Shown here one piece after another: positions 30,901-39,472 of a DNA stretch of 64,000 nt. The stretch is taken from positions 1,907 to 65,906 of IMG/VR virus record IMGVR_UViG_3300006734_000007. One strand, written 5' to 3'. Source of the stretch: a virus (lineage: Duplodnaviria > Caudoviricetes). Numbering within the stretch: position 1 is the first letter of the stretch; the number at the start of each line of letters is the position of its first letter. The translations under genes were made by a program, and so were the position numbers. The notes under the pieces were generated by a model that made no database searches, was not told where the DNA came from, and worked only from the letters and a program-made list of their open reading frames with translations.

Positions 30901-33900
30901 TATAGTCTCGCCTTTTATAATAGCATTATAGAGCTTATCTTGTTCAGGTGTCCATGATCCTTCTAATTCAGATAAAATCTTATACCAATCAATTGTTATC
31001 CAACCTTGACCGTCACCTTCCTCCATGTTTCTATAAGGCTTGACAGCTTCTTCTGCAGCAACTTTAGCAAGTTTAGCAGCTTCCTTTTTATTTTTCTTAC
31101 CTCTTTTTCTAAAGATATTTTCGTAATACTTTTCTAAATCTTCTTGTATTCTATCTACATAAACAGATGTTACTTCTGTTTCTCTCATTACAGCTGTGCG
31201 CAATGTTCCATCAAAAGGTATAGCTTTTAGATCTGGGAAGTTTATGTTTTGATATGTTGGTACAGCATCCTTACCAAAGTATCTTTCATTTACATAATCT
31301 ATTGCATCTTCATCTGTCAATAATTGTTTACCATCAGAGTTGACACCTGGATTACGTTTAAAAAAGTCTTTATACTGAGAAGCAAATCCATAGAATATTG
31401 TATCAACCTGTATTCTATGAATAGTTGAATTTGCTAAATAAGATTTTAATAAAGCATCGGCTCTTTGAGGTCTACTAACTTTACTTAATTCTATACTCTT
31501 GCTATCAGCTGCACTATTAATATGATCATTCATTAAATTAGAATCAAAATAGATCATACCATCCATTCTTTGCTTAAGAGTTTCAAGTTCTGAATTCAAA
31601 TAGTTTAACAAAAATGCATCAATCTCTCTACTTACTTCTAGATCAGTATCATATAATTCTTGTACGCTTGTAGCTTTTTTTAACTTAGCTTTTAAAGTAT
31701 CGCTAAATATATCATCAAATAATGCAAAGTCTTTAGCGGCAGCTTCTTCTATGACATTGCCATCTTTATCTACTTTATCTTCTGTATAACCTATTATAGA
31801 TTCATTATTAGTATTTTCTTTTGCTGCTTTTATTACATCTAACTCCATCTGAATAAATGGAATCATTTGATTAATAAAGTTTTGCTCACCGTTTGTTTTA
31901 GTTTCTGTTTCTTGTACTAAGAAATCTACAGTATCTATATATAAGTGACTATGAAATTTAGCTATATCATCTGTAACAATTTTAGTTGTCCCAGATTCAT
32001 CTGTAACTGTTACAGCAACAATTGTACCTTTATCAGCTGGTGTTGGATTTTGTCCCATACCTGCTAATAGTACTCCATAGATGTCATTCATTTGACGACC
32101 AAATGAATCTAGATTAGAAGTTTTTTCACTATAATCATAATCTATATATCCATTTTCTTTTAGGTTAGTTATTCCTGCTAAACTAGTTACATTAATCTTA
32201 ACACCTTTTCTTTTTGGAATATCTGGTTTACTAAAATCATAAATACTATTTAAGAAAGCCATTGTTGCACTATCATTATGCATTCCATTTATTTGTTGTT
32301 TAGTAAATGGATTATTTTCAGGATTTAAATGTGCCATTTGACGCATTGCAACAAGCTCATGAAAACTTTCTGATTCATTCATATAAAGGGCCATTCTTGT
32401 TAAAGAAGAATGTCTACTGTCTGCATATTGCGTATCACCTTTTGCATTTCTAAGAGCTGTAGTAGAATAATTTCCTGAATACTTAGCCTCCGCATCAAAA
32501 ATAGTATTTAGGTTTTTACTCTCACTCGGAAGTTTATTATCACTAGATCTAAAAAATGCAATTATATCATTAATAGGTTTAATTTTTTTATTTTTCTTGG
32601 TTTTATCATTATAATCTTTCAGCTTTTTATAAAGCATGTCTAATCTAGCAGAATCTAAAATTATTTGCTGAGATTTAGTATTATTTGATACTGGTATACC
32701 AAGATCACGTAAAAACAAAATACCTGTTTCTGAAAAATTAGAGTTCTTGTATTTATCAACTATACCTTGAACATCTAAAACATTTTCATTATTATCCGTT
32801 AGTTTAATAAATGGATGATTACGCACAGTTTTAAAGTGATCTGTAAAATCTCTTTCAGCAGCTCTAAACTGAGCCTGACTTTGACCAAATAAAACTCTGT
32901 ATGTTGTTCTTTTTTGTTTAGTCTTTTTTCTAACTCCGTCTACTAATTTATATACAGGCTCAAATACTCTTTCTATAGTCGTAGTATATAAAGGCTTTTC
33001 TGCCATAAACATTGACTGCCAAAACTTAACCCACAATGAATGTGATAAAGGATTCTTGACATCTAATGGTCCAAGCTTGTGTAATAGATCTTCTTCAATC
33101 CATTTATTTTTAGGAGAAGTTTTAGAAAGTTCTAATAAAGCGTTGCGCATTCCTCTTCTAGATGATTGATCTTTGACTGCAGAAACAACTGTTCTCCAAG
33201 CTTTACCTGGATCAACTAGTTTAGGATATCCCATTATATTTTCTACAAACTCACCTTTATCATCTCTCATATGTGCGCTGTATATAATAGATTTAATTTC
33301 AGCAGAAGCAAGATCTTTTTGAGATATTGTACTTGTATCTATAGAAAATAACGGTGTATCTGTATTTACAAAATCACTTAGCTCATCTCTAGATAATTCA
33401 AATGCAGGTTTAATATACTCTGAATTCTGTAAATGATAAGCAACCGTACCTTTAGTACTCTTTCCTGTAATTACATCAAGAATTTGTTCTACATCTCCAA
33501 ACTGTTCAATAGCATAATCATGCAGTTTAATTTGATGCTGTATTTTATTTCTTTGTTTGATATCAGCAGTGTCATCTAATTGCTCTTTGAGTTCTTTTCT
33601 TTTATCCTTTAGAGTTTTGTATACGTTTAAATACATCTTTGGAAGGATCTTATCCGGCGCAGTATATAGTGCACCTACTAACATCTGAGCAACCTTTCTT
33701 TTATTCTCTTCTTTAGAAGCTCTTGCTAATGATATCTGTTCATTTAGTACAGTTGATATAATAGAATCAATAGACTGAGAAATCTGTAGAGCATCGGCAT
33801 CATTGATTGTAGGTCCTCCGTCTTGTAATGGCTCAATCCCTTTATTTAATTGACCCCATCCTGGCATTACATTTAACTCAGAAGGAGAATAGATTACAAG

Positions 33901-36900
33901 ATCTTCATCTCGTAGAACTCTCATATTATTATATAAGATACCTACATTTCTAACTACTACTGGATCAATAACTATATCATTAGGATTAACTCCTGTAAAT
34001 AACCATTTTAAAAAATTAAGAATTCTTCTAAATATAGAAGCTGTTTGAGGTCGGTTAGTAAGTACTTTCTTACCATCACTCAACATGTATGTTCTGTAAT
34101 CTTCTGCTAAATATTCATCTGCCGCTCTCCATCTGTCATAATTTTTAAGCGCATTTATATCTTTATTATTAGCTTTTGCATATTCTTCCAAGATCTTAGG
34201 ACCCAATGCAGTAGATAGTAATTCTTCATACATCTGCACTTTCTCATCTTGTGTCAAATACAATTGTGTAAATCCGTGATAAGCTTCATGATATAGATCT
34301 GTTTCATCAGCTCCTTTATATAATTTAATACCATTTTTACTCCAACTTGCAAAAGCATTAGAGTTTACAATACTAAATAAATTATCAAAATCTAGTGGTG
34401 AAGTTTTACTAATAGGACTAGATTTAAACCAAGCCATAGCATTTTTTCTTTTCTTTCTATAACCTGGCTTTAGTCTTTCCCATCTAATTCTTTTTAGCTT
34501 AGATTTAAATATTGAGTCATCTTCTGGGTCAAAATTAAAATCTAAATCATCTTCATCAGGTAACTTTTTATTTATATCTGAAGAGTTATTTGGATCAGTA
34601 TAACCGTTAAGTTTATTATTTAAATCATCTAACTTAAGTTCTAAAGATGCAATATACTCATCAAGTTCTGAAAGATCTTCATCAGTAATATCTTCATTAG
34701 ACTCTACTTTTTTTCTTAATCTAAATACAATAGGTAATAGACTCATCAAAAGGGCCCCAGGAGCACCTGGAGTTTCAGCTGGTGTTTCTAATGGAGTTTC
34801 AGAAACTATATTACCTTCTGCAGGAATAATAAGTGCACCACCGGTCCATCCCTCTGGGTTAAATCCTGCCCATTGTTTTGAATCAATAACACCTTCTTTT
34901 GCTTTTGGTTTAGCACTAAATGATCCTACGTCATGATAACCAATAGTAAGATCTCCAGGTTTAAGATTATAAGCTTTTATAATTTCTAAACCTTCCCACT
35001 CAATATTATTTATAGTACCGGCAAAATCTCTAATAATTGTATTACCGTGTACATCATTAAAAATAAATACTACAGATCCTCCGCTAAATCTACTATATCC
35101 ATTTCTATCTTTAAAGATTAAATATGTACCTGAACCATCTTTTTTAACTACTTCTTTAATAGTAGATTTAAATCCTTTAGGTGTTTGTGTTTTACTGAAT
35201 TCAATATCACTAAACTTCATCTGTCTCAATGCAGATACAACAATATCTGAATCAACAAGATCTTTAGCTCTTTTGTATTTTAGATTTACACTACCATCAG
35301 GATTTCTTGTAAATGCCGGAACATAGTCATTGTTTTCTTTAGCTTTTCTTAAGTAAACTTTATTATTTTCATGAGAATATTCTTTATCTGCTGCAACACT
35401 TGCATCTAATAAAAAATGTCCTACACCAATAACACCATTTACTTTAATTCCTTCACCTGGCAAATCTTTTTTAACAGGTGCTGGTATATATCTAAAACCT
35501 TCTGCGTTATCCCACTGACTTCTGTATGACATCAAACTATCTGAAGGATTATAGCTATCAGGCACTGTTCCAATTAGTTGGAAGAATCTATCTACTTTAG
35601 GTGTTTCTTCAATTACAGGAGCAACTTGCTCTTCAACAATTAATGCAGCTTCTTTAATATCAATAAGACCTTTTTTATCTAAATATCTTTTAGCCCACTG
35701 CGCTTGTGTATCAGGTAATAAAGTTTCTACAGAATTTTCTAAACTAAAACTTAAAGATCCATCATTATTAAAACTCCATGATGTTGTTCCTACAGTTACA
35801 GCTCCTGCAATAATTAAAGCCATTATACCTTTAAGAACTTTTTTAATTGCTTTTGCTAAAGCTCCTGGAAAATCTGGTAAAGTATTACCATGGCGTTTTA
35901 TATAATCTTTTACATTTTCAAATAAAATTTGTTTTATTTCTTCATTTGTTCCTTCTACTAAATCTTGATCTGCTTCAATTTCTTTTTTTAATTCTTTAAG
36001 ATCTTCTTCATCAATTACATCATCAATAACCTCTGCAATTTTTTCATCAGTTATTGGTTCTTCAGTAGTTTCTTCTTTAGAAGACTGCTGCTTTCTTTTT
36101 CTTAAATCTTCTCTTAGTTTTTTAGCTTCTTCTAATTCACGTTTTGTTTTATCTATTTCCTCCTGAATTGAGGTTTGTTCTTCGTTTGTATTTCCCGGAT
36201 TAACTTTTGTGCCCCCTTGCCCCTCAACAACACCACTCTCAGGACCAGTCTTAGAATCATCTAACTCTAATCTTGCAACTAAATCAGCTTTATTACCGCT
36301 TACTTTTAATCCTCTCTTAGATAACTCAGCTTTTAATTCAGCTTTAGTTAATGCACTATAACCTGTAGCTTGTGGTTGACCTATCATTTGATAAATAGGA
36401 TTTCCCTCTTTGCCAGGAAGTGTAGATTTCCCTATTATTTTTGCTTCACCACTTTTTACAAGCCTTTTCCATAATGCTTGTGATGCAGGAGTTTGATCAC
36501 TATCTGATTTTAATGGAGATAATCCTTTTGAAATTCTGTCTGAATTTATTTTTCTATATAACTCTGTAGCAATACCTTTACCTCTTAATCCAGGATGTAT
36601 TAATACATTTGATACAGAACCAGCTGGATATAATTTTAATTCTTTTCTAGCAATAATTAAAGCTCCTAATATTTGTCCGTCATAATGAATAACATGTATA
36701 TCTGAATTACTTGTTATACTATTATTTGGATCTAGAAGTTCTCCTGATACTACTTCTAAACCTAATTTTGATTCTTTAGATTCTACACTATTAATAATAT
36801 CTGAAATATCTGATGATTCATCTAAACCAGATTCTCCTAATTTTTTAAGTTCTGAGACTAAATCTCCATCAAATTTTTTACTTTCTATTCTAGTATCAGC

Positions 36901-39471
36901 TTGTGGTTGTCCTTCTACAACAGGTTCATTAGGCGCATCTAATATTTCAGATAGGTTTATATAAATGCGTTCTTCTTCTGAATCAAAATAATTTGGATCT
37001 TTTAGAAATTCAATTGCTGTAAAATTTCCTACTTTATAATTCTTATATGTAGGTTGAGACTTAGTCAATTCTAATCCCTCCATTACATTGCTTCCAAACT
37101 CTACCCACACTCCGGTATTTGATGCAATGATTCCTGTAGGGACTTCACCAAACATGTTTATAATTTTATCTAATAGCTCAGATTTATTTTCAATATTAAC
37201 TGTAAAACCATCTTGATCTAAAACAGCATCACCTCCCGCATAGTTTTTAAAAGTATCATCTACTTCTTTTTCACGGACCATTCTAATAATATCTGCAACT
37301 TCTTCTTTAGTTCTATTTTTAGAAATGCTAGTTACAAATTGACTAGGACGTGTCGCATACTTTTGTGCTTTAGTCCACCATGATTCTTTCTGGCTTTCTC
37401 TGGCTCTTTTTGGATCACCAAATAATTTTAAATTAGCCGGAGCATTATCATACAAATCTGTTAATGTATGCTCAGGAATAGAAAATGAAAAATAACCATT
37501 CAATCCAACAATTGCTCTTTCTGCATTTAATTTTAAAGGAGCTGTTGAATTTTGCATTATGTAATCATAGTAATCAACTTGATCAAACTGTAGACTACCT
37601 GGTTTACTTTTCTCTACATTTAAAGCATAGACAATTCCACTATTAGGTTTAAGTTTGATATTAACTTGACCTGCTTTAGTATTATAAATACTTCCCGGTT
37701 TGTAAGGCTCTGTTAATACATTAATGATCTGCTTGCGGATTTTTTCCTGATTGTTTTCACTTATAATAACATCTTTTCCTTTCTTAACCTTTATAGCAAT
37801 TTCACCGGTTTTATCTTTAACAGAAACAGTGACACTATCCTTACCTGTATAAACTAAACTTCTAAACAATGCAACACGTTGAGTATTGTTCATCTTTTGA
37901 CCACTAATTTTAGCATCAGTAGTTATAATATCTGCTAAATATTCTGCTTCTTCTTGTGTCCAGTTTCTTTGCTGCAGTGGAGCTGATATATTAAAACCTG
38001 GTAATCTTAAATAAATACCACCTTTAACCTCCCAACTGCTTACATCATTATCCGCAACTTTTATTGCAGTACGTGGATCAATATCAGACTGAGCCCAATT
38101 TACCTCAGACATAACAGGTCTTTTATCTTGAGGCATATCTAAATCAAAAGGTGTAATACCTGTATTAGAACTTATAATATTCATTTCTATTACAGAACCT
38201 GGATCAGTCTCTAGTCTTTTTTGTATTAGATACATGATCTCTAATTCTTTTTGCTGCTCAACTGCAATAGCTTCTATTAAACCTTCTTTAGCTTTATTAG
38301 ACAGTTTAGGCCATTCTTTTAAGTTTTTAGATTTAGCAATTTCTTCTGGGCTTTGAATTGCTTTAGCAAAACTAGTTGCATATCCTGTTCCTTTTTGTAC
38401 AACTTTAGATTGATTATAATAAATAGGACTACCCTGAGATGAATCTTTAACAACATTATAGTTTTCATCAAAGAAAAGAATATTGTTATTATTATCCGTA
38501 ATAACTAATTGTGTACCATTTTTATAAAGAGTAAATCCATCTTTCTTAGATGTTGGCGCCCATAATGATTTCTCAGTTGTACCAACTTTACCTCTTAAAG
38601 TTTTTACCTTACGCTTTACTTGATCAGTGTTACCATATTCTTCTACAGCTCTCTTCTCAAAATTATCTACAAATGCTTCTGTAATTTTTACATTAGATTG
38701 CCATGCCCATGCTTTACCATCAAGAAGCTTTCTGTTTCTTTTAGATAGTACATCATTCTTATTATCCATTCCATCAGGATATAATTCTGACATTCTAACA
38801 GCAGCTATCTTAAATCCTTTATGACCTCCTATAGTAATTTTACTTGGATCTTGTTCAGACCTTAGTGCTTTTTTAAATACATCTAAGAATCCATATTCAA
38901 ACTCTTGATCCGGATCTTTAATATCTAAATATTTACCATTGACATCCTGCAAACTTTGCTGACCTGTGCTAGATAGAATAGAAGGTTTCTTAAAACTAAA
39001 TTGCCCAATCTCTTTTACCAACTGTCTAAAAGCTGCAGCAAACTTATTTGATTTTTTTTCACTAGGTGGTTGCTTGTTTGTTTCATCTGATTCAGCAACA
39101 ACCCAATTTGCAATACCTGTATCAATAATCTCAGGATCTGTTATTTCTTCTGTAGTATATGTTTTTAGTACATAATCTAATTCATCAGTTTTATCTGTTA
39201 TTTCAAATAAATCTTGGATGTTAAATTTAGGAGGAAGCAAAGACTTATCATACATAGCAGCTGATATCAACTGATATGGGAGAACTTGTACGTATGATGC
39301 TGCTTTTTTAGGATCTTCTGTTTCATTATAGATATACTCATAAAGTTCCTGAGCAACATCATCAAAATTAAATTCTTGATCGTTAGCCTTAAACTGCTTT
39401 AACTTTGCTGTAGCATATCCAAAAACAATACCTACTTCTTCTGCACTAATTTGTATATTACAAAGGGCCAT
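24961..39471 (-). CDS. virion-packaged single-chain two-barrel RNA polymerase with accessory domains (4836 aa)
   Basis: GVRIPVQ...SGGDFDIDKL catalytic loop (~29188-29325), EGDGQGWI (~30997-31020), zincin HEAYH (~34276-34290). DFDID is the motif of crAss-like phi14:2 gp66-type RNAPs. Confidence 0.92.
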   Translation of the reverse strand: MALCNIQISAEEVGIVFGYATAKLKQFKANDQEFNFDDVAQELYEYIYNETEDPKKAASYVQVLPYQLISAAMYDKSLLPPKFNIQDLFEITDKTDELDYVLKTYTTEEITDPEIIDTGIANWVVAESDETNKQPPSEKKSNKFAAAFRQLVKEIGQFSFKKPSILSSTGQQSLQDVNGKYLDIKDPDQEFEYGFLDVFKKALRSEQDPSKITIGGHKGFKIAAVRMSELYPDGMDNKNDVLSKRNRKLLDGKAWAWQSNVKITEAFVDNFEKRAVEEYGNTDQVKRKVKTLRGKVGTTEKSLWAPTSKKDGFTLYKNGTQLVITDNNNNILFFDENYNVVKDSSQGSPIYYNQSKVVQKGTGYATSFAKAIQSPEEIAKSKNLKEWPKLSNKAKEGLIEAIAVEQQKELEIMYLIQKRLETDPGSVIEMNIISSNTGITPFDLDMPQDKRPVMSEVNWAQSDIDPRTAIKVADNDVSSWEVKGGIYLRLPGFNISAPLQQRNWTQEEAEYLADIITTDAKISGQKMNNTQRVALFRSLVYTGKDSVTVSVKDKTGEIAIKVKKGKDVIISENNQEKIRKQIINVLTEPYKPGSIYNTKAGQVNIKLKPNSGIVYALNVEKSKPGSLQFDQVDYYDYIMQNSTAPLKLNAERAIVGLNGYFSFSIPEHTLTDLYDNAPANLKLFGDPKRARESQKESWWTKAQKYATRPSQFVTSISKNRTKEEVADIIRMVREKEVDDTFKNYAGGDAVLDQDGFTVNIENKSELLDKIINMFGEVPTGIIASNTGVWVEFGSNVMEGLELTKSQPTYKNYKVGNFTAIEFLKDPNYFDSEEERIYINLSEILDAPNEPVVEGQPQADTRIESKKFDGDLVSELKKLGESGLDESSDISDIINSVESKESKLGLEVVSGELLDPNNSITSNSDIHVIHYDGQILGALIIARKELKLYPAGSVSNVLIHPGLRGKGIATELYRKINSDRISKGLSPLKSDSDQTPASQALWKRLVKSGEAKIIGKSTLPGKEGNPIYQMIGQPQATGYSALTKAELKAELSKRGLKVSGNKADLVARLELDDSKTGPESGVVEGQGGTKVNPGNTNEEQTSIQEEIDKTKRELEEAKKLREDLRKRKQQSSKEETTEEPITDEKIAEVIDDVIDEEDLKELKKEIEADQDLVEGTNEEIKQILFENVKDYIKRHGNTLPDFPGALAKAIKKVLKGIMALIIAGAVTVGTTSWSFNNDGSLSFSLENSVETLLPDTQAQWAKRYLDKKGLIDIKEAALIVEEQVAPVIEETPKVDRFFQLIGTVPDSYNPSDSLMSYRSQWDNAEGFRYIPAPVKKDLPGEGIKVNGVIGVGHFLLDASVAADKEYSHENNKVYLRKAKENNDYVPAFTRNPDGSVNLKYKRAKDLVDSDIVVSALRQMKFSDIEFSKTQTPKGFKSTIKEVVKKDGSGTYLIFKDRNGYSRFSGGSVVFIFNDVHGNTIIRDFAGTINNIEWEGLEIIKAYNLKPGDLTIGYHDVGSFSAKPKAKEGVIDSKQWAGFNPEGWTGGALIIPAEGNIVSETPLETPAETPGAPGALLMSLLPIVFRLRKKVESNEDITDEDLSELDEYIASLELKLDDLNNKLNGYTDPNNSSDINKKLPDEDDLDFNFDPEDDSIFKSKLKRIRWERLKPGYRKKRKNAMAWFKSSPISKTSPLDFDNLFSIVNSNAFASWSKNGIKLYKGADETDLYHEAYHGFTQLYLTQDEKVQMYEELLSTALGPKILEEYAKANNKDINALKNYDRWRAADEYLAEDYRTYMLSDGKKVLTNRPQTASIFRRILNFLKWLFTGVNPNDIVIDPVVVRNVGILYNNMRVLRDEDLVIYSPSELNVMPGWGQLNKGIEPLQDGGPTINDADALQISQSIDSIISTVLNEQISLARASKEENKRKVAQMLVGALYTAPDKILPKMYLNVYKTLKDKRKELKEQLDDTADIKQRNKIQHQIKLHDYAIEQFGDVEQILDVITGKSTKGTVAYHLQNSEYIKPAFELSRDELSDFVNTDTPLFSIDTSTISQKDLASAEIKSIIYSAHMRDDKGEFVENIMGYPKLVDPGKAWRTVVSAVKDQSSRRGMRNALLELSKTSPKNKWIEEDLLHKLGPLDVKNPLSHSLWVKFWQSMFMAEKPLYTTTIERVFEPVYKLVDGVRKKTKQKRTTYRVLFGQSQAQFRAAERDFTDHFKTVRNHPFIKLTDNNENVLDVQGIVDKYKNSNFSETGILFLRDLGIPVSNNTKSQQIILDSARLDMLYKKLKDYNDKTKKNKKIKPINDIIAFFRSSDNKLPSESKNLNTIFDAEAKYSGNYSTTALRNAKGDTQYADSRHSSLTRMALYMNESESFHELVAMRQMAHLNPENNPFTKQQINGMHNDSATMAFLNSIYDFSKPDIPKRKGVKINVTSLAGITNLKENGYIDYDYSEKTSNLDSFGRQMNDIYGVLLAGMGQNPTPADKGTIVAVTVTDESGTTKIVTDDIAKFHSHLYIDTVDFLVQETETKTNGEQNFINQMIPFIQMELDVIKAAKENTNNESIIGYTEDKVDKDGNVIEEAAAKDFALFDDIFSDTLKAKLKKATSVQELYDTDLEVSREIDAFLLNYLNSELETLKQRMDGMIYFDSNLMNDHINSAADSKSIELSKVSRPQRADALLKSYLANSTIHRIQVDTIFYGFASQYKDFFKRNPGVNSDGKQLLTDEDAIDYVNERYFGKDAVPTYQNINFPDLKAIPFDGTLRTAVMRETEVTSVYVDRIQEDLEKYYENIFRKRGKKNKKEAAKLAKVAAEEAVKPYRNMEEGDGQGWITIDWYKILSELEGSWTPEQDKLYNAIIKGETIYANQYVQFFPSKKFQYWGPLAKMMGLPAHAFHKYSVAPLVPNVIENTNAEILHNNMVKQQIAIALHLSGSKISTVVDKNTKKASILYNEEDFGKGVRTIDEAPILDLNDPATEYYKANTIHLEYLKNQLDVASKFKRKNTMSSQMRKLVEKGYMEAGVPVDFMPDVDPAKRKTEWDKLEEVEKLAKSQAYTEIIQYENNIQELIDRKKKVLVKSTGWTEEDIKNGTREINKIKSLVDLLKRELKNAGLPTTDLDMIDVNSKGDGLLYDISISPVTPVIEKSLTALINNTLVRQRPNGEMLIQLATTLFEPSKPTDEQKAKHGTNDLEYYQAAREFEGTITTQGDLEKTADVIVRSIDGDHKYIYVKDPRTGEHKHINKDDITLDTKDGERVKGKMYKDSIMIYGEYYAHNTIIDGTGEQADIILVDSMEDAKLQAKAYTERKKTNFTRYEVANNERTIGADAKIAMQGDYYNLLYLTHMDGDPVYVKDEDGNILEKESLVRLNELINDPEWRSLKENLMLITLVGVRIPVQEDNSMEFFHVKQFLPHSEGNILIAPSELVAKSGGDFDIDKLTLLMANISLMHGKPTMVLNSKSVRDEYEIKDDIKSVKKKVKKTHQKFGNRIAKVYKAIGNSTIQPLRDKRDEMSDKVDMYEEGFKQGLVPIDPIKLDQLREEITTLSSQIEFLEKEIKNSDEVKNNPEYQKIIEKRDKALEPLNNKLRKLELELKGKSVKAIENELMIGLWTMLSNPLKYHTLLTPNNADPMKMLAAEMREKKEDRPGAYNSMLSYQRNENGKRKKLSKPSRSSTISPTYNMHIHDVNSEGKAVLGIGAVENAFNTILDRVGAHLNPIYNVSLEAYEIAKEEMQTGKIQAQIDDLENQYPDPESRSKLVKDKLDNLAFMLELYEGDINKAREINIFLPHNTLKYKEYDVVSLSHLYDAFGEESIGRNLSMLIDGWVDVSKDWWIFDVNGNKVIAPTLLFLIEMGVPVKLAVDFVSNPLVEEYRQRLRKAQSALSKANNKNRLKTDKSKEIDYMNLRTQIRKEMLLDYNVINSTQAVKNRDMSIIHDMNNRLKKKLKGKSIDAKTLDKVVKTDPTSSNAAMMDARDLFLHYLEIEEIGQDYKKLKTTLNYDTTKSVTLYEAAKRIEKQEDLYTNTVFPSYIIDAILNESPIGSFDIQRFQLDLWKNVFPLRTSEKILKYILGITGNIKNLSKIKSEFGTEERFANKFLNDLVVYALQKDVLDTDIKEGYKGYEVNISSNLLKDARTNRGVIVNPDSGEILIDKDVLKKQFQSLAFAQSIDQQPLNVLLSRIENFTDKTKKIKLDKDKTAVAEKILEDINYQTLQLAELDSNTFKRNTRGYNQFVKFTIERELLRLNNPLAEFIKTNEFTKRYDRIKDIDSRTDESIDAKKKRQVRQVYEEWLKDTALYNILNMHQLFNSDNSVMHRVKEIINNHPNLLDTYAILESIQYESDSKNNVKYHNIKFRNTKLENNEIDAAITEFRELADPNVMKVLDDSPQGIQENREISKFFEMLPIYAFLQSGMNIDNRFALGRVMPKENLLPFLKKSTDKLAKEIDSPIGLAVLMDFQNQFRQHNKINNANFRNRNLDFITDDVRDWQSIIDQDQFKYEGGYSNKWSDADINVKAADTGKGTKWGDEKDQAMRLKSDAAIVELNVLNRNSSSKTSLEQTGDEKDTIKNKNGVYTGVSFERINGQKSFGDIVMLARNGKLKNTPLSEETRSQIAEANESGARFVVGDMPGVDTQFIEYLLEIGAGFEVFHTGEESRIDVDSLKVDTLFTALEDSYDAEILNMSDTTNLKQIIENNPSKVFVLPGTITGLAMDQNGNTIEGVNNVHVLPVYNAKGDLLIGQQDVIKDVISKSITELIKINDKQPIVFLSVGYAMDHLNASRINDSGQFLVSNLFDELSTQLFDSFIYVNPNSQYISLSDLIEVYQDFSDKQWAVNMENEIDSVLEQIDKC
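36367..36909 (-). repeat. 12-bp direct repeat pair (AGCTTGTGGTTG on +, encoding QPQA) flanking a GNAT domain
   Basis: Identical copies at 36367-36378 and 36898-36909; 14 of 15 nt match when the Gly codon is included. Confidence 0.8.
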
Positions 39472-39472
39472 C

